NCBI GenBank assembly: GCA_010909165.1
Contig: VJWM01000118.1
Location: 682,001 to 746,000 of the forward strand
Length of the DNA stretch: 64,000 nt
Origin: Anthoceros angustus
Lineage: Eukaryota > Plantae > Anthocerotophyta
Reading direction: 5' to 3'
The position numbers and the translations under genes were made by a program. The notes under the pieces are model-generated. The model was not told the origin of the DNA, made no database searches, and worked only from the letters and a program-made list of their open reading frames with translations. The first letter of the stretch is position 1. Every line of letters starts with the position of its first letter. Positions 1-11,389 of the stretch are shown here, in pieces.

Positions 1-763
1 TGGCAAAACACCGTGAAAAGAGTTACAGGAACCGGATAAGTACATGCTCCTCGCTATAGACTAATGGACCAAGAAGACCGAGATTCCACACTTTCTGCGT
101 TGGCCAAAGAATCTTGATGAGGACGTGTATCTGCACGTAGTGGGTTGCATGATCCACAATTATACGACGCAGCAAGAGTGTTTTTGCACTATGCCAATTT
201 GAGGAGATCACGAATCGACAATCGGATTATTCAAGATGTTATTCTTAATTATAAAGGAGTGCTACCCAAAGTGCTCTATTTGCAGCTTGACAACACTTGC
301 CGGGAAAACAAGAACCAGCTGTTGTTTGCGTATTTGAACATGCTAGTTGATATGGGAACTTTTCAAGGTGAAGGTTGGGTTCCTCCTTGTTGGGCACACT
401 CACGACCAAATCGACCAAATGTTCTCTTGCTTTTCCAAAAGCTTGAAGCACAAGGAGGCACACACTCTTCCGCGTTGGCGACATCTTGGTTCATGCATAC
501 ACGCCTACACCGGAGATCAAAGTTTTGCGGAGGTCCGGACTTCCGGTCATATGTATGGCCGATTAGACAAGGCGATGGTCGCCAGCATATTCATCGGTGG
601 TGAGAAAATTGAACAACTTATCTTTCCAGCACGCTTTAAAATCACCAGAGAAGACAAACCGCACTGTGGGTGACGAATTAGGAGCAAGCAATATTCGACA
701 TCGATGTATTGGGAAACCGGCCGGGTTGGAGTTTTTGAAATTTGTCCCTCCAACGACATAACA
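1..763 (+). mobile_element. Partial, frameshifted copy of a DUF7869/Sola-like transposase catalytic region; runs off the window start
   Basis: Translates to YLQLDNTCRENKNQLLFAYLNMLVDMG and KVKVGFLLVGHTHDQIDQMFSCFSK. Near-identical to 1752-2503. Confidence 0.6.
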
Positions 764-3303
764 ACGGTACATCGGGACCCGAGTCAAACTAACAAAGAAA
801 GAGTTTTACGCATGTTATGGGATCGGTTCCTCCGCTACTGCTATGCGTGAAGAGTATATATTGTATGGGGCACAATGACGAGGAAAAAGGGAGGGTCATG
901 AGGAATGCCCTGGGATAGTGTTCGAACCAACCCAATTCATAAGTCCCGTCATGCACTTGGTGCTCTAGCGTGGATGGATAATGCTTTTCGCTTCATGGTG
1001 AAAAGACTTCAACGCAGTGTATAACACGACACCTATACAAATGGAGATATGGTCATTGTACAAACGGCAAAGTGTCAAAGCTCGTCTGCAGCGACGACGC
1101 GTGGTTTTGAAGTTATGGAAATCTAACTTCAGAGTGAAGATTCCCAAATCCAACAGTTCTCGACCGCTCAATATGTGGTTAAAGACCACCATTCGAATAC
1201 AACTGGTTGATCAAGGTAGATATCACTCTACCACTAGTACAACCCATCCGGTGGGAGGAGTTTTTCGTGTTCATCCCATAGTTCGCCGAATGAGTGTATG
1301 GTATGCGGATGGTTCGAAAACACGGAGGCGCCGGCGCCCACCCTCGGATGACCGACTGCTGCATGAAGTTGCTCGAGTACCATGTTTGAAACTCGTTCCT
1401 TGTTCATGTATGGCCCCGGGTTGTAGGTTTGATTGGTCGAGTTGCCGGCGCCGGCCGCCGGCGCCTGGCCCCATCCACCTTCAAACTCGCCAACCATAAT
1501 ATATGACCTAGAAGGTGGACGTTTTGAACATTTTAGATTGGGGAAGATGGTAAATGTATGTGTGAAGAGGTGATAGTCCACGACATTTTGTTGTATGCAA
1601 TGGGTTTCATGGATCTTGTGGTGTGGAAGAAGCGTGTTTGTATGTGAAATTGGGGAACGTGAAAAACTTGGAAGGATGTGACACTTGGAACGTGTTTGTG
1701 CGTAAAAATATCAGCCGTTAGAGGCACACCGCGTGGGAGGAGCGGGAAAAATGGCAAAACACCGTGAAAAGAGTTACAGGAACCGGATAAGTACATGCTC
1801 CTCGCTATAGACGGAATGGACCAAGAAGACCGAGATTCCACACTTTCTGCGTTGGCCAAAGAATCTTGATGAGGATGCCGTGTATCTGCGTAGAGGTTGC
1901 ATGATCCACAATTATACGACGCAAAGAGTGTTTTTGCACTATGCCAATTTGAGGAACGATGCGAATCGACAATCGTGATTATTCAAGATGTTATTCTTAA
2001 TTATAAAGGAGTGCTACCCAAAGTGCTCTATTTGCACTTGACAACACTTGCCGGAAAACAAGAACCAGCTGTTGTTTGCGATTTGAACATGCTAGTTGAT
2101 ATGGGAACTTTTCAAAAGGTGAAGGTTGGGTTCCTCCTTGTTGGGCACACTCACGACCAAATCGACCAAATGTTCTCTTGCTTTTCCAAAAGCTTGAAGC
2201 ACAAGGAGGCACACACTCTTCCGCGTTGGCGACATCGGTTCATGCATACACGCCTACACCGGAGATCAAAGTTTTGGAGGTCCGGACTTCCATATGTATG
2301 GCCGATTAGACAAGGCGATGGTCGCCAGCATATTCATCGTGAGAAAATTGAACAACTTATCTTTCCAGCACGCTTTAAAATCACCAGAAGACAAACCGCA
2401 CTGTAATGGTGATGAATTAGGAGCAAGCAATATTCGACATCGATGTATTGGGAAACCAAGCCGGGTTGGAGTTTTTGAAATTTGTCCCTCCAACGACATA
2501 ACAGACGCCGGCCTCCGGCTCGAGACAAGAAAGGGACGTCGGGGTTATCTCCGGAAGGAGTGGCACATTTGAGAGCGGTCCGGCTGCGCCATATGTGAGG
2601 ACGAATATGGATGGTGGGAAGCATTTGGGTGGACCAAGAAGAAATCGCAATAATCGTGGAGAACAACATTGGGCTCGCACTAGAAGTGCCGTGGAAATGG
2701 TTCTCTCGAATCGGAAGAAACAGCGCAACCACTCCAAGTTCCCGATGAAGCTATCCTAGAGGAGGCGCTAAGAGAACTCCCCACGGATATGTACTTGGGG
2801 CCTTACCGGTTGGGAAGGCGGCGGCAGAAATGGCACGCTTGCATGGAGATGTAAAAGACATAAAGGAAGGATGTTCATCGCAGACCTTGTACCGATACGC
2901 ATAATCGGCCTTTGGATTGGGAAAGTTAATCGTGAGGTTGGATGTGGAAGAGCCTCATTTCACAGTTCCAGTACGAGCACAGATGCATATGAAGGCGGTC
3001 GTGGAAGAATATGTGATTCGGACTTCCACCGAGACTGGGATTGGAAGGAAAAAGGGTGGGAAGGCAAATTTCAAGAATGTTCAAGAAGTCTTCATCAATA
3101 AAACCGTCATCTTGTATTATGGGTTCAGTTTGAATTCCCGTAAACATCTCTATTCCATTGACAAAAAAGCGATCAGGGATAAGTTGAATGAATTGCGGGG
3201 CTTCATCGAGCCAGCCAGCCAAAGTGCACCAGAAGATAGTGACGAAGACGGTGAGGACATCGGGCCCTTGGACATGGAAGGTGTCAATTCGGGAGATGAG
3301 TGA
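764..3303 (+). mobile_element. Degenerate DUF7869/Sola-like DNA transposase gene
   Basis: Fragments in the expected order across frames: AWMDNAFRF, KLWKSNFRVKIPK, IDGMDQ, a QLDN-equivalent, VGHTHDQID, then an acidic C-terminus ending at 3303. The family name comes from motif recall, not a search. Confidence 0.55.
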
Positions 3304-4099
3304 AAAGATGTATGAAGTGGAGGCAAACATCGGTGGACATCGGTAGACAAGAGGGTTTACTCTCGGTCAGTGTCGCCAAGTGTTAGGCTCAAAGTGGGAG
3401 CTCGCGTTAGTGATAGGGAATCACCGTGCTATCATTCGGTGTTGGAAGTTGAAGAAGTTGGAGTCACTTCCCACGTGTGGGTTGCGAGCGACAGGACAAA
3501 TGGCGCGGTGGCGCCATGCCATTTTTCACCATCCTTTAGTAGCATGGAAACCGCTTTTCCGCATCCATGTATTGTACATTTTGTTCGCAAATATATAACC
3601 CATCCGACGCATGCCTAAATCCTAAATCGTGGAAACCCGATAGCTCGGGCGCCGGCCACGCCTCTTGCCAAAACAAAAGACTATGGGTTCGGGCGGACGG
3701 TTCGGAAAGAAGCACCATTCTTTACCAATGATGATGAAGATTGCCGCAATGTCTTCAAAAGACCTTGTTTATTTAGGCGTGCCTCAACAACCCGTTCCCT
3801 TTTAGTCCTTCCGGTACTTATGGTAAGCAAGCATGGGTCGAATATGCCAAATTCGATGGCGAACTACGCCTAACCCTTTGTGTGATGGAGACACTCGGAC
3901 GTCAATTTCATCCCTTATCGACCCTTATTTTCAGGCTCTTGGACCGATGTTGCCCAGCGGCAGAATCGACCCATCCCAAACCCCCTTCCGACGATATTTG
4001 GTTGAAAACCCCCTTACTGTATATTAACCCCCTTCCAAGATTAGCATGTTTAATCCAGAAAGCGTCCTATCCTAAGAGGTACACACTTACTTTGCGTCC

Positions 4100-5100
4100 C
4101 CGGGGCAGGCGACTGCTCCCCATTCGCGAAAGTGACAAACCCTAGCTTTCTTGTGTCCAAATTGGTGCTTGGGCAAACCGTGTTGACATGAAATTACAAC
4201 TTGCTCCACACCACGAGGATGGCACAAACACGGCCATCCACACTGCATAACGTAAGAGACCTGCACTTCGCCTTGGATGGGGCTAATCTCTAAACAAAGC
4301 AGGCTGGCTTCCCCTCGATGGCCATGCCTGCTGTCCGCCTTTGGGTCTCCACCGCCATAGCTACTATCTCATTCAACCGTGCTCCTCGCCGTAGTGGTAT
4401 TGCCGCCTGTGGCCTTGCCTCCCGAGCCCCTGCCCTAGCACGGAGGCACACACTAGCTCAGTGCCCCCATTCGTTACAATTAAAACATCGGCCTCGAAAT
4501 TTTGAATCCGCCCAAGCTCCATAGGCACCGCTTCGAACTAGGGCTAGAAGTCCGTCCTCCACGTAGCCTCGGTCCCATCCCTTATCCTCGTGACGCGTAG
4601 TAACATCCTGGTGTCGCTAGTGTCATTGCATCCCGCAATGTCTCAGTCCCGTAGTTTCACCTCTTGCGAATCAGAACTTCAATCCTCGAGTGTAGCGGTC
4701 TCGTGTTTACGCTTCACTCATATCGGGTATGGCCATCACCAGCTCCAAAAACTCACGATTGTATTCAACAACACTCTTCCTCGCACCGGCCACTAATTTA
4801 TCTCTCAAGACCTGGACCTCCGTGGAACAAACGTGGTTTGAGGGCTATCAAAACTCATCTAAATCTGTGAAGTCGGCAAGCTCCCTTGCGTGCACTCGAT
4901 TCTCAAGCGTCAGAGCCACCAAGTAGACGCCTGCCCCGCAAAAATCCGGCTGCGGATCTACTGCAGGTGGGGCACCAGTAGGCATATACCTTTTCACTTG
5001 ATCAATCCAGCTATCCACCGCCTCGGCTCCTCTTTCCCATCAAGTTCTCCGCCTTGATCCCTTTACCTTTCCATACCTTGAAGCCGTGACATAGGGTCCT
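4100..5100 (-). mobile_element. Ty3/gypsy gag-protease remnant
   Basis: Minus strand gives VDSWIDQVKRY and SVVEYNREFLELVMAIPDMSE (retrotransposon gag), then GASCNFMSTRFA (aspartic protease region). Many stops and frameshifts. Confidence 0.6.
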
Positions 5101-8100
5101 CATGGATTTGCAAGGCCGCTCAGCTTGCTCAAGGTGAGCAATCCGCTCACCGATGCCCGCTCCAACTGGGCAATCCTTTCATTTGAGGCACCGTTGTGCG
5201 GCCGCCGAGCATCCACGCCAAGCTCCCCATGGTCGCTCAAATTCCTATTGTCAAGCGTGTCGGACACCCTGACCAACTCCTTCGCCTCGCAACCACGCGT
5301 CCCGAACGCGTTGACGAGGCTCGATACCGCCTTAAGCTCGGGCGGTGAAGAGTACCAAAAACTTTGCCTTACAGTACACTGCTCGTCGTTGTGTTCTCCA
5401 TTTATATCCATGCCATGGCGTGGCTAAATGCGACATCGATCGGGCAAGGTATACATATGTGTCCGTATGTTGCCTAACACTCGTATATCGCCTAACAAGC
5501 ATGCAAATTCTCGGCAATCTGACTTCATCACTCACAACACTTACCCCACCAAATTGACGACTGGCAAAGCCACGGTCTCTGGTGGAGACCTGCTTTCCAC
5601 CACTCCCCCTTACCGTCAGATCATATGGAAACTTGATCACAATCAAAATTCGACGTGCAACCAATTTCTCTTCTCGATCAACGTTCCAACATTCCTACGA
5701 TGAGCGCTAGCGCATCGATATCGCGAGGAGTGCTAGGCGCAAATTTAAAGCTGCCAACCCGGCCCAAGGAAGATTGTTCTCACGAGACGACGAGGCAAGG
5801 GCGCCTTACCTACAAATTAGTACAACAAACAAATATTGGTACGACAAATTCGTGAGCCGTCTCAGCCTTTGCCGTAGAAATGCTTCACTTAAGTTCCAGC
5901 TATAGGCCTCCGGGACTCCTGAAATCCAATTACACATGTATCAATGTCCTCCATGGACAGGACCCACACGAACTCCCTCGTGCGAGCAGACCGGATTCCC
6001 ATAATCGTAATCGATGACTGGTAGTAGCGTAAATCTGACTAGTAGCTCAGCTGCCGGCCCAATCTTTGCAGTCCACACCAGGAACCCGCAAGAAGAGGGC
6101 AAGTGTTGCTAAGCCAAAAGACAAGGAAGGATGTGGCCGCGTGTTTGCTGGTCGAGATGGCCGCACTGGGTGCAAAACCACGGCAAGGTGAAGATTACGA
6201 AAACCACGGCCAAAAATCACGTAACCTCGGCAAGATGTAGATTTTGAGACCGCAAGTTCAGATTTAAAGCGCATATGCTGGACGTGCTTGAAGGTAAGGG
6301 TGTCCGGACCCGTATATAAATGTTTGCATGCGCATATGGTTATAGAATTGTAAGCCTTGGCAGCATGCAGTCTGGATCGATATCGCTCTCGTATGCATTC
6401 TTCTAAAGCTCGGCTGAAATATTTTTGTAAATCGTTGAGATGAGCTGGCCAGACGCACGTTGAGTCCTAGCGCCTTCGAGACTGTTACACAATTAGAAAA
6501 GTCATGGCGGAGGCTCAAAGAATGGTTATACCTTGTAGCCAAGGTCAGGGCTTTATTCCAGAGGGCCCACAGGCTCAAGGTGGGTGGCAACTGTGCTTTC
6601 GCTTCGCACCAGATGGTTGCTATTTGGTTGGGCTGATGTATCCATGCCTTCTGCATAATGTTCACTGCAGCACCGATCTTGTTCAAACAGGCACAGGTCT
6701 CCGGGCATGTGCTCATCATGTCTTGCACCACCAAAGAGAGAGCTGTGCCCGGGCCCCTAGCCTGGCCTAACCGATCGACAAGGCTTACATTTTTCATTAT
6801 TGTTGATTACTGATCCGGTTGTAAACTTGGAGCACAGGATCCAGAGGCGCGAATTGGAGCCAAGACCTGGTTTCCCTTTGTTGTTTCAGACTTTTCACAT
6901 GACGAGGAAGTGTTCCAGTAAGATGGATCTACATCAGTGGGTGGTCCTACATCTTGGCGCGACGCAGGTTCGGCGTGCGGCGAGATGTGGGTCACCCACT
7001 GCTGAGATCCATCCCACTGGAAGTCTTCTCATCTGAATAGTTTGAAACCACAACCAGAAACCACGTCCATTGCTCAAATTCCACCCCTGGGTCCTCTGAT
7101 ACAGATCCATACATATGTCTGCAGACAACAATGAAAATCTGGAAATCTGGTCCTGGCCTTCCACCTCCTGTCGGCTTCCTCCTGATTTTGATCCTACAGG
7201 CGAGCACTCAGCAGGATCTATGCATAAAACATGAAGTCCAGCCAACGTCCTGCCCACAGTAGGTTCCCTTATGCCACACACGTACACCAGCTCCATCAAA
7301 ATATCATCTTTGGAAGCCAGCTCGGCACCTCCGTCACCAACTGAGCGTACTTGCCATACTGCTGCAACATCTCCCTATAACAAGTCTGTATCTTTATCTT
7401 CATAACGCTGTCACCACCTACAGTGACAACTTAACAACATCCGCTGGATGAGCTTGCAAAAGGCTCCTTCACCGCGACTCCACCCCCTTGAGAAAGTTCA
7501 CCACTGCATTGCTGCACATGCAAAAGGCTACAGCGCATTGTACACCACCGAAGAAACAACGTCGCCAGCCTGTTCTTCCAACCCAACACCGCGAGAAGAC
7601 TTGGTCATGACGAACGCATGTTCGATAAGCCTCCCGCGCAGCCCACGACCCTCGTGCTTCTCCCCCTCCTTACCGAGCTCACTGCATCACTGACCACCAC
7701 AGCCTTGAGATTGGCCGCAAAACGATTCACACGACTTAGGGTTTGCAATGCAATACCCTAGGAATTGGGGTGCACATACACCAGATACCTGCAGGGCGCT
7801 TAACTGTGGAATTTTAGGTCATCTGGTGTATCTGATGGGGAACCATTCTTCCACAATCTTTTTTTCTCTCTCCACCTTTCAGCCGGGTTGGGTAAATATT
7901 AAAAGTCCTAGATTAGAGTCGAAATCGCCCCTGTTCACCTCGGCGCGCTGGCCTCCCTTGTGTGTGGTCTCTGCCCGAGACCACCCCTACTGTTACATAT
8001 ACGGACGAGGAGCTGTACATCCGCAAGGCTCTCAAGATTACAGCCATACCTGATGAGGATTGGGTCCAGTGAGTCTGGCCAGATCTTGGATGACTTGTTT

Positions 8101-9404
8101 CGTTAATGTAATGCTCGTGATATGTTGCTCATCCAAATTTGACCTCCGCCATGCCTCCGCATTGGCCTCCTATGCGGTTTGGCCCGGCCTTGACCTCCAG
8201 TGGCGTTCCCTTCTTGTTGTGGCTCTCATCACCGCCACCAATTTACACCCACCCACCACTTGCAATGAATCGTATTCTGTTCTCGGATCCCACAATCACA
8301 TTACAAAATCTCCAATCGTAATTCAACATTCACAACACGCATCTCGGTCTAATCACATCTGGACGCATGGCTGCGATTTACCGCTTTTGGAGTGGTGCCT
8401 CTTTCCGCCAGGTCGGCGTGGACAAATCGGGATCAACGAGCCTTTTTCCTGGCCGGATGGCGACTCTAAGATCTTGCATCCACCATGTCCCATTCCGCCT
8501 TCCCCGAGCTAGTACCGCCACTGTAGATGTGGCCTCCCTTGTGTGTGTGGTCTCCGCCGAGACCACCCCTCATATATACGACGAGGAGTCAGACATCCGC
8601 AAGGCTCTCAAGATTCTGACCATACCGATGAGGATTGGGTCCAGTCGAGGTCAGCTGTAGATCTTGGATGACTTGTTTCGTTAATGTATTACGTGATATG
8701 TTGCTCATCCACTGACATTACCTCCGCCATTGCCATGCCTCGGCATTGGCCTCCTATGCGGTTTGGCCCGGCCTTGACCTCCATGCGCGTTCCCTTCTTT
8801 GTGGCTCTCATCAACACCGCCACCAATTTACACCCACCCACCACTTGCAATGAATCGTATTCCTGTTCTCGGATCCCACAATCACAGCCCACAAAATCTC
8901 CACAATCAGAATTCAACATTCACAACACGCATCTCGGTCTAATCACATCTGGACGCATGGCTGCGATTTCTGCTTCTTTGGCGGAGTGGTGCCTCTTTCC
9001 GCCAGGGGTCAGCGTGGACAACTGGACTGAACGAGCCTTTTTCCGGTCAGATGGCAGCTCTCGGCATCTTGCATCCACCATGTCCCATTCCGTCTTCCTG
9101 AGCTAGTACCGCCGCCTGTAGATGGCCTCCTAGCTGGTCAGGTTAATCCGGAATGTGGTCACGTCGCAGCGCTTGAGGTCCTTATGGAGAATGTGAAGCA
9201 GTCCCGGTACTCAAGTAGCAGAGCTTGAATGCGCGCCATCTTCTGCTCATCCGCGAGCTTGGGTCCCATAGTCCACAGGAAGTTGTCAGCTGTGACCTTG
9301 GGTTTTGTTGGACCTGGGTCCACATGGAGATGCAAATCTGTTGTCGGCTGTGACCTTAGTCAGAAGCAGAAAAAGCAGTTTTGCATCTCCATATGACCTG
9401 CTCT

Positions 9405-9516
9405 ATATAACCATATGCGCATATAACCATATGCACACAATATATAACTATATGCGCATATAACCATATGCACACAATATATAACCATATGCGCATATAA
9501 CCATATGCACACAAAC
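9405..9516. repeat. ATAACCATATGCGCAT / ATAACCATATGCACACAATAT alternating minisatellite, copy 1
   Basis: A 16+21 bp dimer repeated about three times. The same array occurs at 10271-10376 and 11256-11368. Confidence 0.9.
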
Positions 9517-10270
9517 ATGACCATTTGACTGCCAAGATGAGCAAAAGATTACACCATACTTGAGGATTGGGTCCAGTCGGGACGGTCTGCAGATGAATCT
9601 TGGATGACTTGTTTCGTTAATGTCTTGATACGTGATATGTTGCTCATCCATTACTCCGCTTGCCATGCCTCGGCATTGGCCTCCTATGCGGTTTGGCCCG
9701 GCCTTGACCTCCATGCGTTCCCTTCCTTTGTTGTGGCTCTCATCACATCACTTACCAATTTACACCCACCCACCACTTGCAAGATTCTGTTCTCGGATCC
9801 CACAATCACATTACAAAATTTAGTAATTCAACATTCACAACACGCATCTCGGTCTAATCACATCCGACGCATGGCTGCGATTTACCGCTTTTGGAGTGGT
9901 GCCTCTTTCCGCCAGGTCGGCGTGGACAAGGGCAACGAGCCTTTTTCCGGCCGGATGGTAAGATCTCTGCATCACCATGTCCCATTCCGCCTTCCCCGAG
10001 CTCGTAGATGGCCTCCTGGCTGGTCGTTAATCCGGAATGTGGTCACGTCATGACGCTTGAGGTCCTTATGGAGAATGTGAAGCGCCCATTTGACTCAAGT
10101 AGCGAGCTTGAATGCGCCATCTTCGCTCATCCATGAGCTTGGGTCCCATAGTCCACGTGAAGTTGTCACCGTGACCTTGGGTTTTGTTGGACACAGGTCC
10201 ATGGAGATGCAATCTGGTCATGACCTTAGTCGAGCGTAAAAGCGTTTGCATCTCCATATGACTCGCTCTA

Positions 10271-10376
10271 TATAACCATATGCATATAACCATATGCACA
10301 CAATATATAACTATATGCATATAACCATATGCACAATATATAACCATATGCGCATATAACCATATGCACACAAACA
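10271..10376. repeat. Same alternating minisatellite, copy 2
   Basis: Direct sequence comparison with 9405-9516. Confidence 0.85.
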
Positions 10377-10404
10377 TGACCATTGACATGACTGAAAGCA
10401 AGAT

Positions 10405-10840
10405 GAGCAGTGACGTGACGATACATGATATAGGGCCTAGTCCAATTAGCCAAATAGAGGAGACAACCCACACAAGCAGCACAAGGGATAGTACGCATAT
10501 CCTCACGCTCAGCATCAGATTGTGGGCAATCCTCAGAAGATAACCGAATACCAACTGCCCTTGGAGTAGATATAGGCCTAGCTGTTTGCATATTAAAACG
10601 GGTTAAGATTTCTCTTACATATTTTTGTTGATGCATAAATATTCGGCCATTAGGTTGATCTCGAAGAATCTGAATCCCGAGACACCATCGAAGAACCCCA
10701 ATATCCTTCATGTCAAATTAGGCCCGAAACATATCCTTAACAAAGTTAATTAACTTTATACTAGTGCCAAACATACATATGTCATCAACATATAAAGCTA
10801 AAATGATAAAGTTGGAGCCGCACTAGATAATAAACATTAC
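10405..10840 (-). mobile_element. Duplicated fragment of the Copia reverse transcriptase
   Basis: FDMKDIGVLRWCLGIQILRDQPNGRIFMHQQKYVREILTRFNMQ...YLANWTRPYIMY; near-identical to ~11410-11835. Confidence 0.85.
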
Positions 10841-11255
10841 TATCGGCATGGCTGCGATTTCTGCTTCTTTGGCGGAGTGGTGCCTCTTTCCGCCAGGTCG
10901 GCGTGGACAAATCGGGATCAACGAGCCTTTTTCCGGTCAGATGGCAGCTCTCGGCATCTTGCATCCACCATGTCCCATTCCGTCTTCCCGAGCTAGTACC
11001 GTAGATGGCCTCCTAGCCGGTCGTTAATCCGGAATGTGGTCACGCCATCAGCTTGAGGTCCTTATGGAGAATGTGAAGGCGCCCAGACTCAAGTAGCGAG
11101 CGCGCCATCTTACGCTCATCCGCGAGCTTGGGTCCCATAGTCCATGTGAAGTTGTCACCGTGACCTTGGGTTTTGTTGGACTGGTCATGGAGATGCAAAT
11201 CTGTCGTGACCTTAGTCGAGCGTAAAAGCGTTTGCATCTCCATATGACCTGCTCT

Positions 11256-11368
11256 ATATAACCATATGCGCATATAACCATATGCACACAATATATAACT
11301 ATATGCGCATATAACCATATGCACACAATATATAACCATATGCGCATATAACCATATGCACACAAACA
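11256..11368. repeat. Same alternating minisatellite, copy 3, abutting the Copia RT breakpoint
   Basis: Direct sequence comparison with 9405-9516. Confidence 0.9.
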
Positions 11369-11389
11369 TGACCATTTGACACTGTCAAG

